A stretch of DNA of 64,000 nucleotides. Source: Eledone cirrhosa. Lineage: Eukaryota. The notes under the pieces were generated by a model, which was not told the DNA's origin, ran no database searches, and saw only the letters and a program-made list of their open reading frames with translations. A program made the position numbers and the translations under genes. Shown in pieces: positions 34,342 to 48,264 of the stretch (positions within the stretch are counted from its first letter, which is position 1; each line of letters starts with the position of its first letter). The stretch lies in contig OZ024747.1 in the NCBI GenBank assembly GCA_964016885.1, positions 39,432,001-39,496,000 on the forward strand. The letters run 5' to 3'.

Positions 34342-34884
34342 GCTGACGATAGCTAATAAGCTTGAAACTAGTACATCGTTCCTGTGTTAGTGTTAAACAA
34401 AAGGGCGAGGATGGTTGCCGAGCATTGTACGGCGTAATTCGGGCTGTTTGTTTACAAACAAACCGAACATTATAATAAATGTTCGGTAAACCCATACGTA
34501 CATATATATATACATGTGTGGGGATGTATTTATATATATACATACTACTGTGCGTCTGTACACATATATGTATGTACGTATACATACTTATATTTAGGTA
34601 TCAGCCGTACTAAGAGTGAGAAATTAAATTTCGTTTCATTCTTTTCCATTTATCGTTTACGGTATACCCGGCCGACTAACTCACTCGATATGCAAATTAG
34701 GCTGCTCAGCCGTTAATATGCATAAGGAAAGTATATACTTTCAGACGTTCAATCATCTGACAGAAAGGTATACGATGCTGACGATAGCTAATAAGCTTGA
34801 AACTAGTACATCGTTCCTGTGTCAGTGTTGAGCAAAGGGGCGACAATGGTTGCCGAGCACTGTAAGGCGTAATTTGGGCTGTTT
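34342..34884 (+). repeat. Family B HHR repeat, about 1.25 units (period 435 bp); HHRs at 34342-34379 and 34772-34814
   Basis: acgatg CTGACGA tagct aata agctt GAAA ctag TA catcgt at 34772; first copy 435 bp upstream lacks most of the 5' strand of stem I; no ORF. Confidence 0.88.
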
Positions 34885-35075
34885 AGAGAGAAAAAGAAGA
34901 TTATTAGGAAGAAAAATATACTTTTTACCTTTTATTTTTTTCTCTTTTTTCTGGGTTAGAAAATGTTTAAAACAAAATATTTTACTTTGTGTGAAGTGTT
35001 AAGGTATTAGTTGATTTATTTATTAATTAACAATGGCATTTATTTATTTATTTGTTTATTTATATATTTAATAAT

Positions 35076-35122
35076 TATCTATTACCGGTTTCACCTTATT
35101 ATGCGTTATCAAAGGGGGAAAT
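35076..35122 (-). ncRNA. Decayed HHR (U3-A8 type core)
   Basis: Minus: TTGATAA cgcataataaggt GAAA ccgg TA; stem I not pairing. Confidence 0.4.
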
Positions 35123-35243
35123 TTGTATTGGTATAAAATGTTGGAGAGAAAATAATGTGATGTTGAACATGTTAAGGAAATGGGAATGAAAGAATAATAT
35201 TATTTACAAACAAGGTTTCTGAAGTATATATATATATATATAT

Positions 35244-36574
35244 ATATGATAATAATGATGGCTGCGCGTTGCAAATGGTGGTGCATATGAAAAAGTAAGT
35301 CCTTCATCAGTGACCCTCCAACCTTCCCAGGAATTTCATCGCTTTAAGGGCCATATGCCTCAGGTTGGTGCGAACAACGGCTAAAAAAAGTCGTTGGGAC
35401 ACGTAAATAAAGGGGACGTTAGGGTAACAAACAAAATGGTTTAAGCAACGGAAAGTGAGAAGAAATAGACAAGTCCCAGATCTCTATGAATATAAACTCG
35501 GTGAAATCGTGAACAAGAGACAAAAGACCATCAAACCTGGTTGAAATGGGAGCAAGGAAGGAATTTCGCACAGGTCTAAAGGGGGAGAAGAAGAAGAAGA
35601 AGAAGAAGAAGAAGAAGAAGAAGAAGAAGAAGAAGAAGAAGAAGAAGAAGAAGAAGAAGAAGAAGAAGAAGAAGAAGAAGAAGAAGAAGAAGAAGAAGAA
35701 GAAGAAGAAGAAGGGGTCTGGTCTACGAATTCGGTAAACATAAGTTTTGTGAAGTCGCAGACGAAAGAGAGAGAGAGAAAAAAATTCCATACCAGCTTGA
35801 CCAAGACCGCGCGAGAAAAGAATTACACACAGGTCAAACTTGAAGGAGGAGGAGGAAAGAGGAGGAGGAGAGGTAGTGACAGAGAATGAGTGAGTGAAAG
35901 TTGAGGAGGAGGCTAACAGAGAGAGAGACTGCTAGAAAGGGTAAAAGGTACAAAGAACGAGAAAGGGTAAAAGGTACAAAGAACGAAACAGACGGGTGGC
36001 AGCAGAAGAAAAATTATGTGTAAATATGATAATAATGATGGCTGCGCGTTGCAAATGGTGGTGCATATGAAAAAGTAAGTCCTTCATCAGTGACCCTCCA
36101 ACCGTCCCAGGCATTTCATCGCTTTAAGGGCCATATGCCTCAGGTTGGTGCGAACAACGGCTAAAAAAAGTCATTGGGACACGTAAATAAAGGGGACGTT
36201 AGGGTAACAAACAAAATGGTTTAAGCAACGTAAAGTGAGAAGAAATAGACAAGTCCCAGATCTCTATGAATATAAACTCGGTGAAATCGTGAACAAGAGA
36301 CAAAAGACCATCAAACCTGGTTGAAATGTGAGCAAGGAAGGAATTTCGCACAGGTCTAACGGGGGAGAAGAAAAAGAAGAAGAAGAAGAAGAAGAAGAAG
36401 AAGAAGAAGAAGAAGAAGAAGAAGAAGAAGAAGAAGAAGAAGAAGAAGAAGAAGAAGGGGTCTGGTCTACGAATTCGGTAAACATAAGTTTTGTGAAGTC
36501 GCAGACGAAAGAGAGAGAGAGAAAAAAATTCCATACCAGCTTGACCAAGACCACGCGAGAAAAGAATTACACAC
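35244..36574. repeat. Partial tandem duplication (period about 780 bp) with internal (GAA)n
   Basis: 35244-35830 is nearly identical to 36024-36574 except for GAA length. Confidence 0.9.
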
Positions 36575-36577
36575 ACG

Positions 36578-37658
<1,081 letters not shown>

Positions 37659-38401
37659 GTGTGGAATGCTTAAAGTGTCCGTAAGCGGTAGGCCGTTTGA
37701 GCACTCGATGCTCTTACAGAGCAGAGTATGACATCACATAAGAAACGGAGAACCAGTGTTGCGACGAATAAAATTTATTAGACAATTTACAAATTCTTAA
37801 AATAACATCCGATGAAATCGCCTTGTCTTGGATCATAATATAGTCGTGAGCTTACGCGAAGTCATCTACGATAGAAACAGCTTCTGCATTTCATTCAACA
37901 TAAACTATGCCGCCTGAAATATAATATGACAAATTGTATAGTGTATGATTCAAAGTTATGTCTAAAGCAAAATCATAATCATCAGGGATAGTTCAACCTT
38001 GTCCATAGTTTTGCACAATCTTGACAATGACACTAGGCAATAGGTGTGTGTTTTACCATAGGGCAAATCGGATTATATATATCGTTTCACGGTAATAAAT
38101 AGGTAAAATAGATTTTGTACATTGATACATGCCTTAATAGAGAGGATTAAGCTAGGTAAATAGTAAAGTTTCAAAAAGAATGTAAATCATGAAACGAATA
38201 GAAACTACACGTTAAGATTACCCATGGATATTGTCACAAATACAGTAGCAGGGGCGAATGAATGGTTCACCCAGAGCAGGTTTTTTTCTTTAAAATATAG
38301 TTTTGATTTTATTTTGTACGCAGAGTTCCTATGAAATATCAAAAGGATGAGCGCTATCATATGTAGGGGATATAATTGTTGTTTTTTTACTTCAACATTA
38401 A

Positions 38402-39290
38402 TTTTTTTTTTTTTTAAAGACTTTAGTCTTTATTGTGTTGTATCAGATGAAAGAATGGTATTTCACTAATGTATTGGTACGCGATGAGGCCCACCCACAG
38501 CCCCGGCGGACAAAATGAAGAAGGCGATTCCCAGGAGGACGGCAAGGGAGACGCGCTGGAAAAGCCACTCCCACTCGCGGGGCTCACACCTGCGGCTGGC
38601 CAGCTCAGCGACTATGGTGGTGAGTAAGGAGGTAGCCATGTGGCCGAGGACACCAGAAGTCTCCACTGCCAGGGGAACGACCACAAACGGGTCGGAGAGC
38701 GACCGGTATTTCCGGAATTTGGCCCCCATCAGCCCGACGTGCAGCAGAACCTTGGTGAGTCGCACACTGCACCAGGTTGCGGCTGCAGAAAGTGTCGGTG
38801 CAAGTGGCATCCCAGACGAGGGGTTGGCTACCGCGGAACGGGAAGATGGTCATGCCATCTGGCCTTTTGCCGTCCCCTCGATCCAGCCCAACCGGATCGA
38901 GCTGGGAAGGGAAGCCTGCAGCATCCAAGCCATTCTTAATGACCTCGTTGAGAGCAGCATGGCATGGAATGCGGCCGGCACTGTGGAGACAGGAAAGCGG
39001 GTGGACGCCGGAAGAGTCCACGGTGGAACCGCAGCGACATTGGTGTGGCTGGCAGATCCGGAGGCCGAGCCTCAGGGAAACGCAGATTGCAGGCTATGGT
39101 TGTCTAGCTGAGTGCCACTGGAGAAGGAGGGCATGGCATGGAGCCAGGCACCACTGTGGGGTTTGGAGGCCGCACGAAAACAAGCAAGGCGGTGCTGGTC
39201 GAGCTGGCGCGTGAGCCTGTCTGGGGCCAGGCTGCACTGGATGGCATCCCAAGTGCGTTGGGGGACTTGACGTCTACAGGGGCAGATTAC
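38402..39290 (-). mobile_element. 5'-truncated CRE-like non-LTR retrotransposon (CCHC plus restriction-like endonuclease), poly(A)-tailed
   Basis: HPLSC..GR..HAALNEVI...DGKRPDG...WDATC; KY..FVVVPLAVETSG...LFQRVSLAV; minus AATAAA at 38429-38434 and A-tail at 38402-38415. Confidence 0.85.
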
Positions 39291-39387
39291 CCATTATATT
39301 TCCACGATCAATGTACATGCGAACATACATCATTTGATTATAGGCAAGTTCTTATAGATACATTACAACTAACTAAATATACGAATG

Positions 39388-39449
39388 CCAATGAATAGGG
39401 TGATTAATTGTCTGGTACATACCAGACAATTAATCACCCTATTCATTGG
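39388..39449. repeat. Perfect 62-bp hairpin (30-bp arms, 2-nt loop)
   Basis: ccaatgaatagggtgattaattgtctggta-CA-taccagacaattaatcaccctattcattgg. Confidence 0.95.
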
Positions 39450-40906
39450 TGTGTGATCGTGCCATTCAAATATGTCAGATAATGACCTAGATATCCATTC
39501 GACAATGTATTTGTATTTGTATTTGTATTCCTAATTCTTGTAATTCATTTTTATTGAATATATGTGTTGATATATTTCTGAGAGATGGTAGAGTGATAAA
39601 TGAATTGCTTTATAACTGGTAATTACAAACAACCAAAACGTATATGTCCAATGAGTACTATCCATTTCTCTAGATCACTTATCTCAAACAATTCCAATAT
39701 TACAACCTTCAAGTTAATATTACTTTGTTTCATCCTTCTTTCTGGAGCTATGTGATTGCATTCATGCAATTGTAATAGGACAATCCTACTAAATGGCAAC
39801 ATACAAAAGCTGAAATTGCGTATCCTTTATTAAATTACTTACAAAGATGTAAATTACAAAATTGTAATTAAAATAGAGTAGAGATGAATGAACATTATAT
39901 ATATTTGATGTTAAAAAAAGCGAACTTAATTTAGATACACAGTAGATGAGTGTGAAATGGGAGTGAAATTTGTACTAAATAACTTTAAGAAATTGAATTT
40001 ACACTGAGTTCTCTCTAAATGAAAGCACAATCTAGAATATATTTATTTTTGTCTCAATCATATATTATATTTCCTCTGAAAATTGATCTGGAAAGAACTA
40101 TTCAAATTAAATTTTACATCTTGCTCTTGTTTTTCAGTACGGAATGAATATGCATATATGCTTTGATATGTACTTAAATTTGCAGCTCTAAAATATATAT
40201 AAGTTTCGGAAAAAGGAAGGCAGAAGCTGCAAACTAAAAACAGTATTACGAGCACCAAAGGGAATTAGCATTAGAAAATGTTATATTTGGAAAACTACAT
40301 TGTATTAGTGAGTTTTCAAGACATATACAAAGGAACGAAAGCTTATGACTATGTCTGTATCTTCCTTACATTAAATAGAAGTGTGTTTCGTGAGGTAGAT
40401 GAATGTAAATGCTGTTAGGCCTTTTTACTTTACTTATATATATACATTAGTATCTATATATGCATGCACACACAGCTAAAAGCAGTTTTTATGAATACGA
40501 AAAACAATTAGAAGTAGAGAATTTTGTCACATTCATCATCGCTTGCATCATCATTTTACATCCGTTTTCTTCGTTGGCATTGTTTGGTAGCGTTATCAGT
40601 ATCCAAGATCAAATGGGCTGGGGCAACCTCATATTGCTCATATATTCCGTATTTGGTCTGGTTTCTACGGTTGAACAGAGAGAGAGAGAGAGAGGGAGAG
40701 AGAGAGAGGGGGGAGAGAGAGATAGAGAGAGACTGAGACAGATATAATATCCAAACCACGGCGCCAAGTGGCTTCGGCTTTGTCATAAACCGAAACTGCT
40801 TTGCACCGCAGTCTGGATTTTACATATCTCTATACCCACTCTGCATATCCCCATACTTCGAGTACTTCCAGGATTAGTGGTCTCCACTGTCTCAGTACCG
40901 TTGACA

Positions 40907-41008
<102 letters not shown>

Positions 41009-41295
41009 AAATAACGAAACGAAATTAAATTTCGTTTCGTTTGTAACTCACTTTTGTATGACTGACGCTTAAACAATTAAGTTAAAAATGTACATCCACA
41101 TATGTATACTGAAATACTAGTATGCATATGAATACACACACGTGTACATATGTAGATGTACCGAGTTTTTCACTGGTCACTTTACTGTGAGTGTCCAGCT
41201 ATTCTGTATGTAAACACACAGACAAACCGGTTTTTAGAGTCATACTGGTTTTTGAGGAAACACCTTTCCTCTATTCTCCAGAAAGCCAGACAAGG

Positions 41296-41340
41296 AATAT
41301 TGGACTAGTTTCGATGTTGTTACATCTCATCAGCAATATT
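41296..41340 (-). ncRNA. Canonical minimal type I hammerhead ribozyme, family A unit 1
   Basis: Minus: aatattg CTGATGA gatgt aaca acatc GAAA ctag TC caatatt. Confidence 0.93.
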
Positions 41341-41760
41341 TACCTATCTTCCGGCCTTTCTAGAGAATCGTAAAAGCACATATCATTATATGCTTTTTCT
41401 ATGAAAATTAGTAGTGGGCAGACTAATTTGCAAAGAGCGTGAGTACGTATGGTTCAACGGAGACGATAAAAACAAATAACGAAACGAAATTAAATTTCGT
41501 TTCGTTTGTAACTCACTTTTGTATGACTGACGCTTAAACAATTAAGTTAAAAATGTACATCCACATATGTATACTGAAATACTAGTATGCATATGAATAC
41601 ACACACGTGTACATATGTAGATGTACCGAGTTTTTCACTGGTCACTTTACTGTGAGTGTCCAGCTATTCTGTATGTAAACACACAGACAAACCGGTTTTT
41701 AGAGTCATACTGGTTTTTGAGGAAACACCTTTCCTCTATTCTCCAGAAAGCCAGACAAGG

Positions 41761-41805
41761 AATATTGGACTAGTTTCGATGTTGTTACATCTCATCAGCA
41801 ATATT
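41761..41805 (-). ncRNA. Hammerhead ribozyme, family A unit 2
   Basis: Identical to unit 1. Confidence 0.93.
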
Positions 41806-42226
41806 TACCTATCTTCCGGCCTTTCTAGAGAATCGTAAAAGCACATATCGTTATATGCTTTTTCTATGAAAATTAGTAGTGGGCAGACTAATTTGCATAG
41901 AGCGTTAGTACGTACCGGTTCAACGGAGGCGATAAAAACAAATAACGAAACGAAATTAAATTTCGTTTCGTTTGTAACTCACTTTTGTATGACTGACGCT
42001 TAAACAATTAAGTTAAAAATGTACATCCACATATGTATGCTGAAATACTAGTATGCATATGAATACACACACGTGGACATATGTAGATGTACCGAGTTTT
42101 TCACTGGTCACTTTACTGTGAGTGTCCAGCTATTCTGTATGTAAACACACAGACAAACCGGTTTTTAGAGTCATACTGGTTTTTGAGGAAACACCTTTCC
42201 TCTATTCTCCAGAAAGCCAGACAAGG

Positions 42227-42271
42227 AATATTGGACTAGTTTCGATGTTGTTACATCTCATCAGCAATATT
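42227..42271 (-). ncRNA. Hammerhead ribozyme, family A unit 3
   Basis: Identical to unit 1. Confidence 0.93.
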
Positions 42272-42692
42272 TACCTATCTTCCGGCCTTTCTAGAGAATC
42301 GTAAAAGCACATATCGTTATATGCTTTTTCTATGAAAATTAGTAGTGGGCAGACTAATTTGCATAGAGCGTGAGTACGTACCGGTTCAACGGAGACGATA
42401 AAAACAAATAACGAAACGAAATTAAATTTCGTTTCGTTTGTAACTCACTTTTGTATGACTGACGCTTAAACAATTAAGTTAAAAATGTACATCCACATAT
42501 GTATACCGAAATACTAGTATGCATATGAATACACACACGTGTACATATGTAGATGTACCGAGTTTTTCACTGATCACTTTACTGTGAGTGTCCAGCTATT
42601 CTGTATGTAAACACACAGATAAACCGGTTTTTAGAGTCATACTGGTTTTTGAGGAAACACCTTTCCTCTATTCTCCAGAAAGCCAGACAAGG

Positions 42693-42737
42693 AATATTGG
42701 ACTAGTTTCGATGTTGTTACATCTCATCAGCAATATT
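42693..42737 (-). ncRNA. Hammerhead ribozyme, family A unit 4
   Basis: Identical to unit 1. Confidence 0.93.
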
Positions 42738-43078
42738 TACCTATCTTCCGGCCTTTCTAGAGAATCGTAAAAGCACATATCGTTATATGCTTTTTCTATG
42801 AAAATTAGTAGTGGGCAGACTAATTTGCATAGAGCGTGAGTACGTACCGGTTCAACGGAGACGATAAAAACAAATAACGAAACGAAATTAAATTTCGTTT
42901 CGTTTGTAACTCAGTATACATCCACATATGTATACTGAAATACTGTTTTTATCGTCTCCGTTGAATCGGTACGTACTCACGCTCTATGCAAATTAGTCTG
43001 CCCACTACTAATTTTCATAGAAAAAGCATATAACGATATGTGCTTTTACGATTCTCTAGAAAGGCCGGAAGATAGGTA

Positions 43079-43123
43079 AATATTGCTGATGAGATGTAAC
43101 AACATCGAAACTAGTCCAATATT
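43079..43123 (+). ncRNA. Hammerhead ribozyme, family A inverted unit
   Basis: aatattgctgatgagatgtaacaacatcgaaactagtccaatatt. Confidence 0.93.
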
Positions 43124-43353
43124 CCTTGTCTGGCTTTCTGAAGAATAGAGGAAAGGTGTTTCCTCAAAAACCAGTATGACTCTAAAAACCGGTTTGTCTG
43201 TGTGTTTACATACAGAATAGCTGGACACTCACAGTAAAGTGACCAGTGAAAAACTTGGTACATCTACATATGTACACGTGTGTGTATTCATATGCATACT
43301 AGTATTTCAGTATACATATGTGGATGTACATTTTTAACTTAATTATATATATA

Positions 43354-43406
<53 letters not shown>

Positions 43407-45716
43407 ATAAACGTTTGAATATGTGTAATAAAGCCAAAACAATGCAGGTATGGACATAGAAAAAAGAATGCAATTGTAAAAGATATTGTTGACAATTCAT
43501 CCTTTACCTTGAATTTATTTAAATGTCCTTAATTTTCGAGATAATATCTCTTCTTCGGAGGGAAATAAAGGTCTCAAACCAGCGTTCTAAAAATCTAACC
43601 AAGCCATGCTGACAGGAAATAGTAGAGAGTATGTGTTCTATCTCTAATATCAAAGAATTAATATTAGGTGGATAAAGAGTAGTCTCCCTTTAAAAGGAGT
43701 TTGTTTAGGGTTTTTTTTGTTTTTATTTTATATACATGCCTGTATAAGTGTGTGGGAGAATGCATGAAGGTGTAGGTATGTGGGTGTGTGTGTGTGAGTG
43801 TGAGAAGATAGGTCTATTCGTAAATGTGGGGGGTAGGTGTTATCTGGTGTTAGAACTGGTTTTGTGTGTGTATGTGTGAGAGAGAATAAGTGAAGGTGTA
43901 AGCGTGTGTGTGTGTGCTCGTGCGTGTGTGTGTGTGGGGTGTGTAAATATGGGGCTAGATGCTGTATCAGGTTATAAATTGGGTGTTGAGTTCTAGTCTA
44001 TTATTGATTGGTGGTTGTGTTTTATCTATAATTAGTGCTTCCTTAATTCTAAGATTGCCGAGGTTTCTTTCCTTAGTTTCTATCCTAACTGTTATGGTTT
44101 TGTCAGTGTTTTTGCATTTAAATAGGTGTTTCTTAAATGAGGAAGCGTTAGTATTGAGGTGTTCTTTTATTCTTATGTGCAGTGGTCTGGTGGTGCTACC
44201 TACGTAGAAGTTGTTGCATTTGTCACACTCTAGTCTGTATACGACGTAAGCCTGGTGGCATAGGTCTGTGTCGTTGATGGGGCAGTTGGCTAGTCTGCAG
44301 CAGTTGTCATGTCTGGTGGAGTGTCTCTTGGCCAGCCGTCCGCGCAGAGAAGGACCCGAGTGGGCCAGTTGGATATTCAGTCCCTCTCGTCTGATGGCTC
44401 TGCGGATGGCTGTTGTTGTTTCTTCACTGAAGTGTGGGAGCTTCAGGAAGCAAGTGATAGTGCCTCGGGTGTGGTGTCCTCTGTTCTTTCTGGCACGGTT
44501 TGTGGTGGATGTCGTGTATCCGTTCAGTTTGAGTACTTCCAGGAAATGTGTGGTGTGTGTGTCTCGGTCTCTAGCGTCGGTGCATTTGTTCTTGATACGT
44601 GCCAGTTCGTTCCTTATGTATCCGAACTTGGCACTGAGTGGGAGGGCCGATCTGAAATGTACGAACAGGTCCCTGCTGGCGGATTTTTTATAGAAGCAGG
44701 TGTGGATGTTGCCTTCCTCTGTTACCCTGAGTTGGAAGTCTAGTAGGGATAGGGATCCGCGGTCATCGGATTGTTCCATGCTGAACTTTATACTGGCGTC
44801 CATGCTGGAGAATGTAGTGTATATTTTATCTGCCTCCTCACGGGATGATATAAGGATGAGTATGTCATCTACATATCGGGTGAAGAAGGCATGGGAATGG
44901 CAGGCGTTGAGGGCTCGGCATTCTAGCTGGAGTGTCACAAATGCAACAACTTCTACGTAGGTAGCACCACCAGACCACTCCACATAAGAATAAAAGAACA
45001 CCTCAATACTAACGCTTCCTCATTTAAGAAACACCTAGTTAAATGCAAAAACACTGACAAAACCATAACAGTTAGGATAGAAACTAAGGAAAGAAACCTC
45101 GGCAATCTTAGAATTAAGGAAGCACTAATTATAGATAAAACACAACCACCAATCAATAATAGACTAGAACTCAACACCCAATTTATAACCTGATAGGGCA
45201 TCTAGCCCCATATTTACACACCCCACACACACACACGCACGCGCACACACACACACACGCTTACACCTCCACTTATTCTCTCTCACACATACACACACAA
45301 AACCAGTTCTAACACCAGATAACACCTACCCCCACATTTACGAATAGACCTATCTTCTCACACTCAGACACACACACCCACATACCTACACCTTCATGCA
45401 TTCTCCCACACACTTATACAGGCATGTATATAAAATAAAAACAAAAAAACCCTAAACAAACCCCTTTTAAAGGGAGACTACTCTTTATCCACCTAATTTT
45501 AATTCTTTGATATTAGAGATAGAACACATACTCTCTACTATTTCCTGTCAGCATGGCTTGGTTAGATTTTTAGAACGCTGGTTTGAGACCTTTATTTCCC
45601 TCCGAAGAAGAGATATTATCTCGAAAATTAAGGACATTTAAATAAATTCAAGGTAAATGACGAATTGTCAATAATATCTTTTACAATTGCATTTATTACA
45701 CATATTCAAACGTTTA
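43407..45716 (-). mobile_element. 5'-truncated Penelope-like element with about 790-bp 5' inversion (43407-44232 / 44928-45716)
   Basis: Open frame 43967-about 44928: FFTRYVDD, SLLDFQL, FLKLPHF, CPI..C..YVVYRLECDKC..YVGSTTRPLHIRIKEH..INNR; the N-terminus of the track ORF is chimeric with the inverted arm. Confidence 0.92.
45598..45634 (+). ncRNA. Ultra-short hammerhead (U4C core) in pLTR; mirror copy 43526-43562 on minus
   Basis: cct CCGAAGA a gagat att atctc GAAA at TA agg, then aataaa and AAG|GTAAA. Confidence 0.7.
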
Positions 45717-45781
45717 TACCTCATTACACAATGCTTCAAGTGAACTATAACCTCCTCCCATATATATATATATATATATAT

Positions 45782-45980
<199 letters not shown>

Positions 45981-46369
45981 CCAGCATGTTTTCCCCTTCA
46001 ATGTGTAGTTTAGGAGAAAGTGTAGTATGGAAGTTTGAAGAAATATAGTGTATATATTACGTTGAAATATGACTAAAATAATTGTCTGCAATAAAGCAAA
46101 ACATTTCAAAATGATTTATTTATTGTTTCTTCTTTTGCCAAAATATCTGTATAACAAGTTTTCTCATCAATTTAAACGTTCTTCGTGGGAAATTATCATG
46201 AAAAATTAACAAATTAAATGCAAATTGTCTGCATTAAAAAATGACGATCAAAATGTTTTATTAAACAGTTTTTCTGAATAACAAGTATTCATAAAAAGTG
46301 GCTTTTCATATTATTTTTGAAAACGCATATTCAGTGTCAATATATATATATATATCTTAATTTCTGTCG

Positions 46370-46640
46370 GATCGTAGTGTCGTCGGTTTTCGGTTCTTCT
46401 GGATAGGCTGCTGCGTTGTATTGTTGAGCAAAACAATTTATCTCACGTTACTCCAGTACAGTCCGCTGATAGCGAGTGCCGGCATAAACTGGAAAGTTAA
46501 TCCTACGATTAGGGGGCGTCTTGAACTCTCAGTCACTTAACACCAATAACACCAGGAATAAGCACCTGCCTGGTAATCTTTCGGCTGAAAACAGACTTTA
46601 ACTTTAATTAGCAAAACACCCCCTCATAAGCTATCCGCCT
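46370..46640 (+). mobile_element. Degenerate SINE
   Basis: ttgagcaaaacaatttatctcacgttactccagtac is the reverse complement of the core of the SINEs at 50440-50710 and 58505-58841. Confidence 0.5.
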
Positions 46641-47857
46641 GCCTGAGGAATCATGTGAATGTGTGTTCTACAAAGAGGAAGAGGACAGATGTGGTAAAAA
46701 GCAAACAAATATAAGGAGAAATTTTATCATTCCCCGAAGTTCTAAACATTCTTATGAGAAACGTTTTTGTCGTAATATCAAGAAAAATGAAATAGAATTC
46801 TGATTTTCTAACCCCCCCCCCCAAAAAAAAAATTAAATTAAAATATTCTATTTCTCAATAACCAACTCAATATCCAGTTTTTCGAAAAATATTTTTTTTC
46901 CTTGAATCTTTATTCAAATTGTTTATTGATTCTGGCTGGTTGTCACAAAGAGATTGTTAAGCTTAATTTTACTATCACAAACAAAACCACGTCATTTAAT
47001 CTTGCGTCAGAAGAAATTCAATCATGAATGGACTTCTGTGATAACATCTAAGCATGCATTTTTAGGATGTACTAACTGGCTTATGTATTGAAGAATACTT
47101 TCAGGAATAAGATTTATATATTCATTCTGAATTATGCAAATACTTGCTTCAGAATACGTAACAAATATTAAGAATATAATACCAGTATGGTTTTAATTTG
47201 TTTTACACTTATATGATTGAATATGACAATCTCTCAGAAACGGGTTATATCAGCAATCTATATCTGAATCTGCAATTTCTTTAATATTTTCAGGACGACG
47301 AGACCATAAATATAAGTGATGTGAGTAAATTAGTGTTGGTGACAAATACAATTTTGTAATTTGTTTTCAAAGCATTTAAAATCAGGACCATGCTAGAGAA
47401 TTTTATTTAGTTAACCCGAATTAGATTTATTCATAACAGGCGTATCGCAACTAAAATTAAGGGATTTAAACAATTTTATTTTATATCAATTTAATAAATA
47501 TATTCATTTCTGCGAAGGATTCTGACATGTTACGTGTTTGTTAAAAATACAAATACAATACAGTAATCTTCAAATTACTTCGAATGCGATGTGATGTTAT
47601 TTGTTTGCTTTGTTTTTTTTGGTTTTTGTTTTTTTCTAGCTCTTGAAACATTGGGGCATAGACGGTTCTTTTATGAGCAAATATCTTCCAATAACTCCTA
47701 AGAGAGTCGTAGGGGTGCCGTATATATATACGGTGTTTCTTGGGCGTATTTAAATCTGGAGTAGCCCAATCTCTTCAGTTCTGAACACAGTAGATTTCTT
47801 CCAGAAATGGATAGCGTGAGTGATAAATAGAAGTGAAAAGAGATATGGAGAAAGAAC

Positions 47858-48012
47858 CGACCCCAGTTCTAGTCTGGTACATATTTAACGACCTCGAATA
47901 GGCGAAAAGCAAAGTTGACCTCGGTGACATTTGAACTCAGAGTAGAGAATTCAGACGAATACCACTAACCATTCTATTCGAAATCCTAATGACTCTGCTA
48001 AATTGACCCCTT
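47858..48012 (-). mobile_element. tRNA-derived SINE (same family as 62600-62777)
   Basis: Reverse complement contains ctgagttcaaatgtcaccgaggtcaactttgcttttc..gaggtcgttaaatatgtaccag. Confidence 0.75.
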
Positions 48013-48211
48013 GGTTTTATTATGTCTCTCCAGTTAAAACACAGTTTCTCTTTTTTTAGTTATAGTGACACGTTGCAATTCCTCATTCACTCATTATCCA
48101 AGGGATAGGACACAATGTTTCATTTTAAAACCGCTTCAGTTTGTATCATTTCGGATTTTTTTTCTTTTCTATGCAACTATTTTACCCTATAGATAGGGTT
48201 CTGGATTAATT

Positions 48212-48264
<53 letters not shown>

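Noticed and set aside
37860-37992. Minus-strand ctgatga...gaaa...gta as a hammerhead
   Set aside because: Stem I and stem III pairing is poor; cannot support
41191-43228. Five copies of a 60-aa ORF (MSSYSVCK...) as a tandem gene family
   Set aside because: Starts at GTG, has no recognisable domain, is antisense to the hammerhead and simply tracks the repeat unit
44929-45001. N-terminus of the 344-aa ORF as a genuine start
   Set aside because: These codons are the antisense of the inverted arm; the ORF is a 5'-truncated chimera
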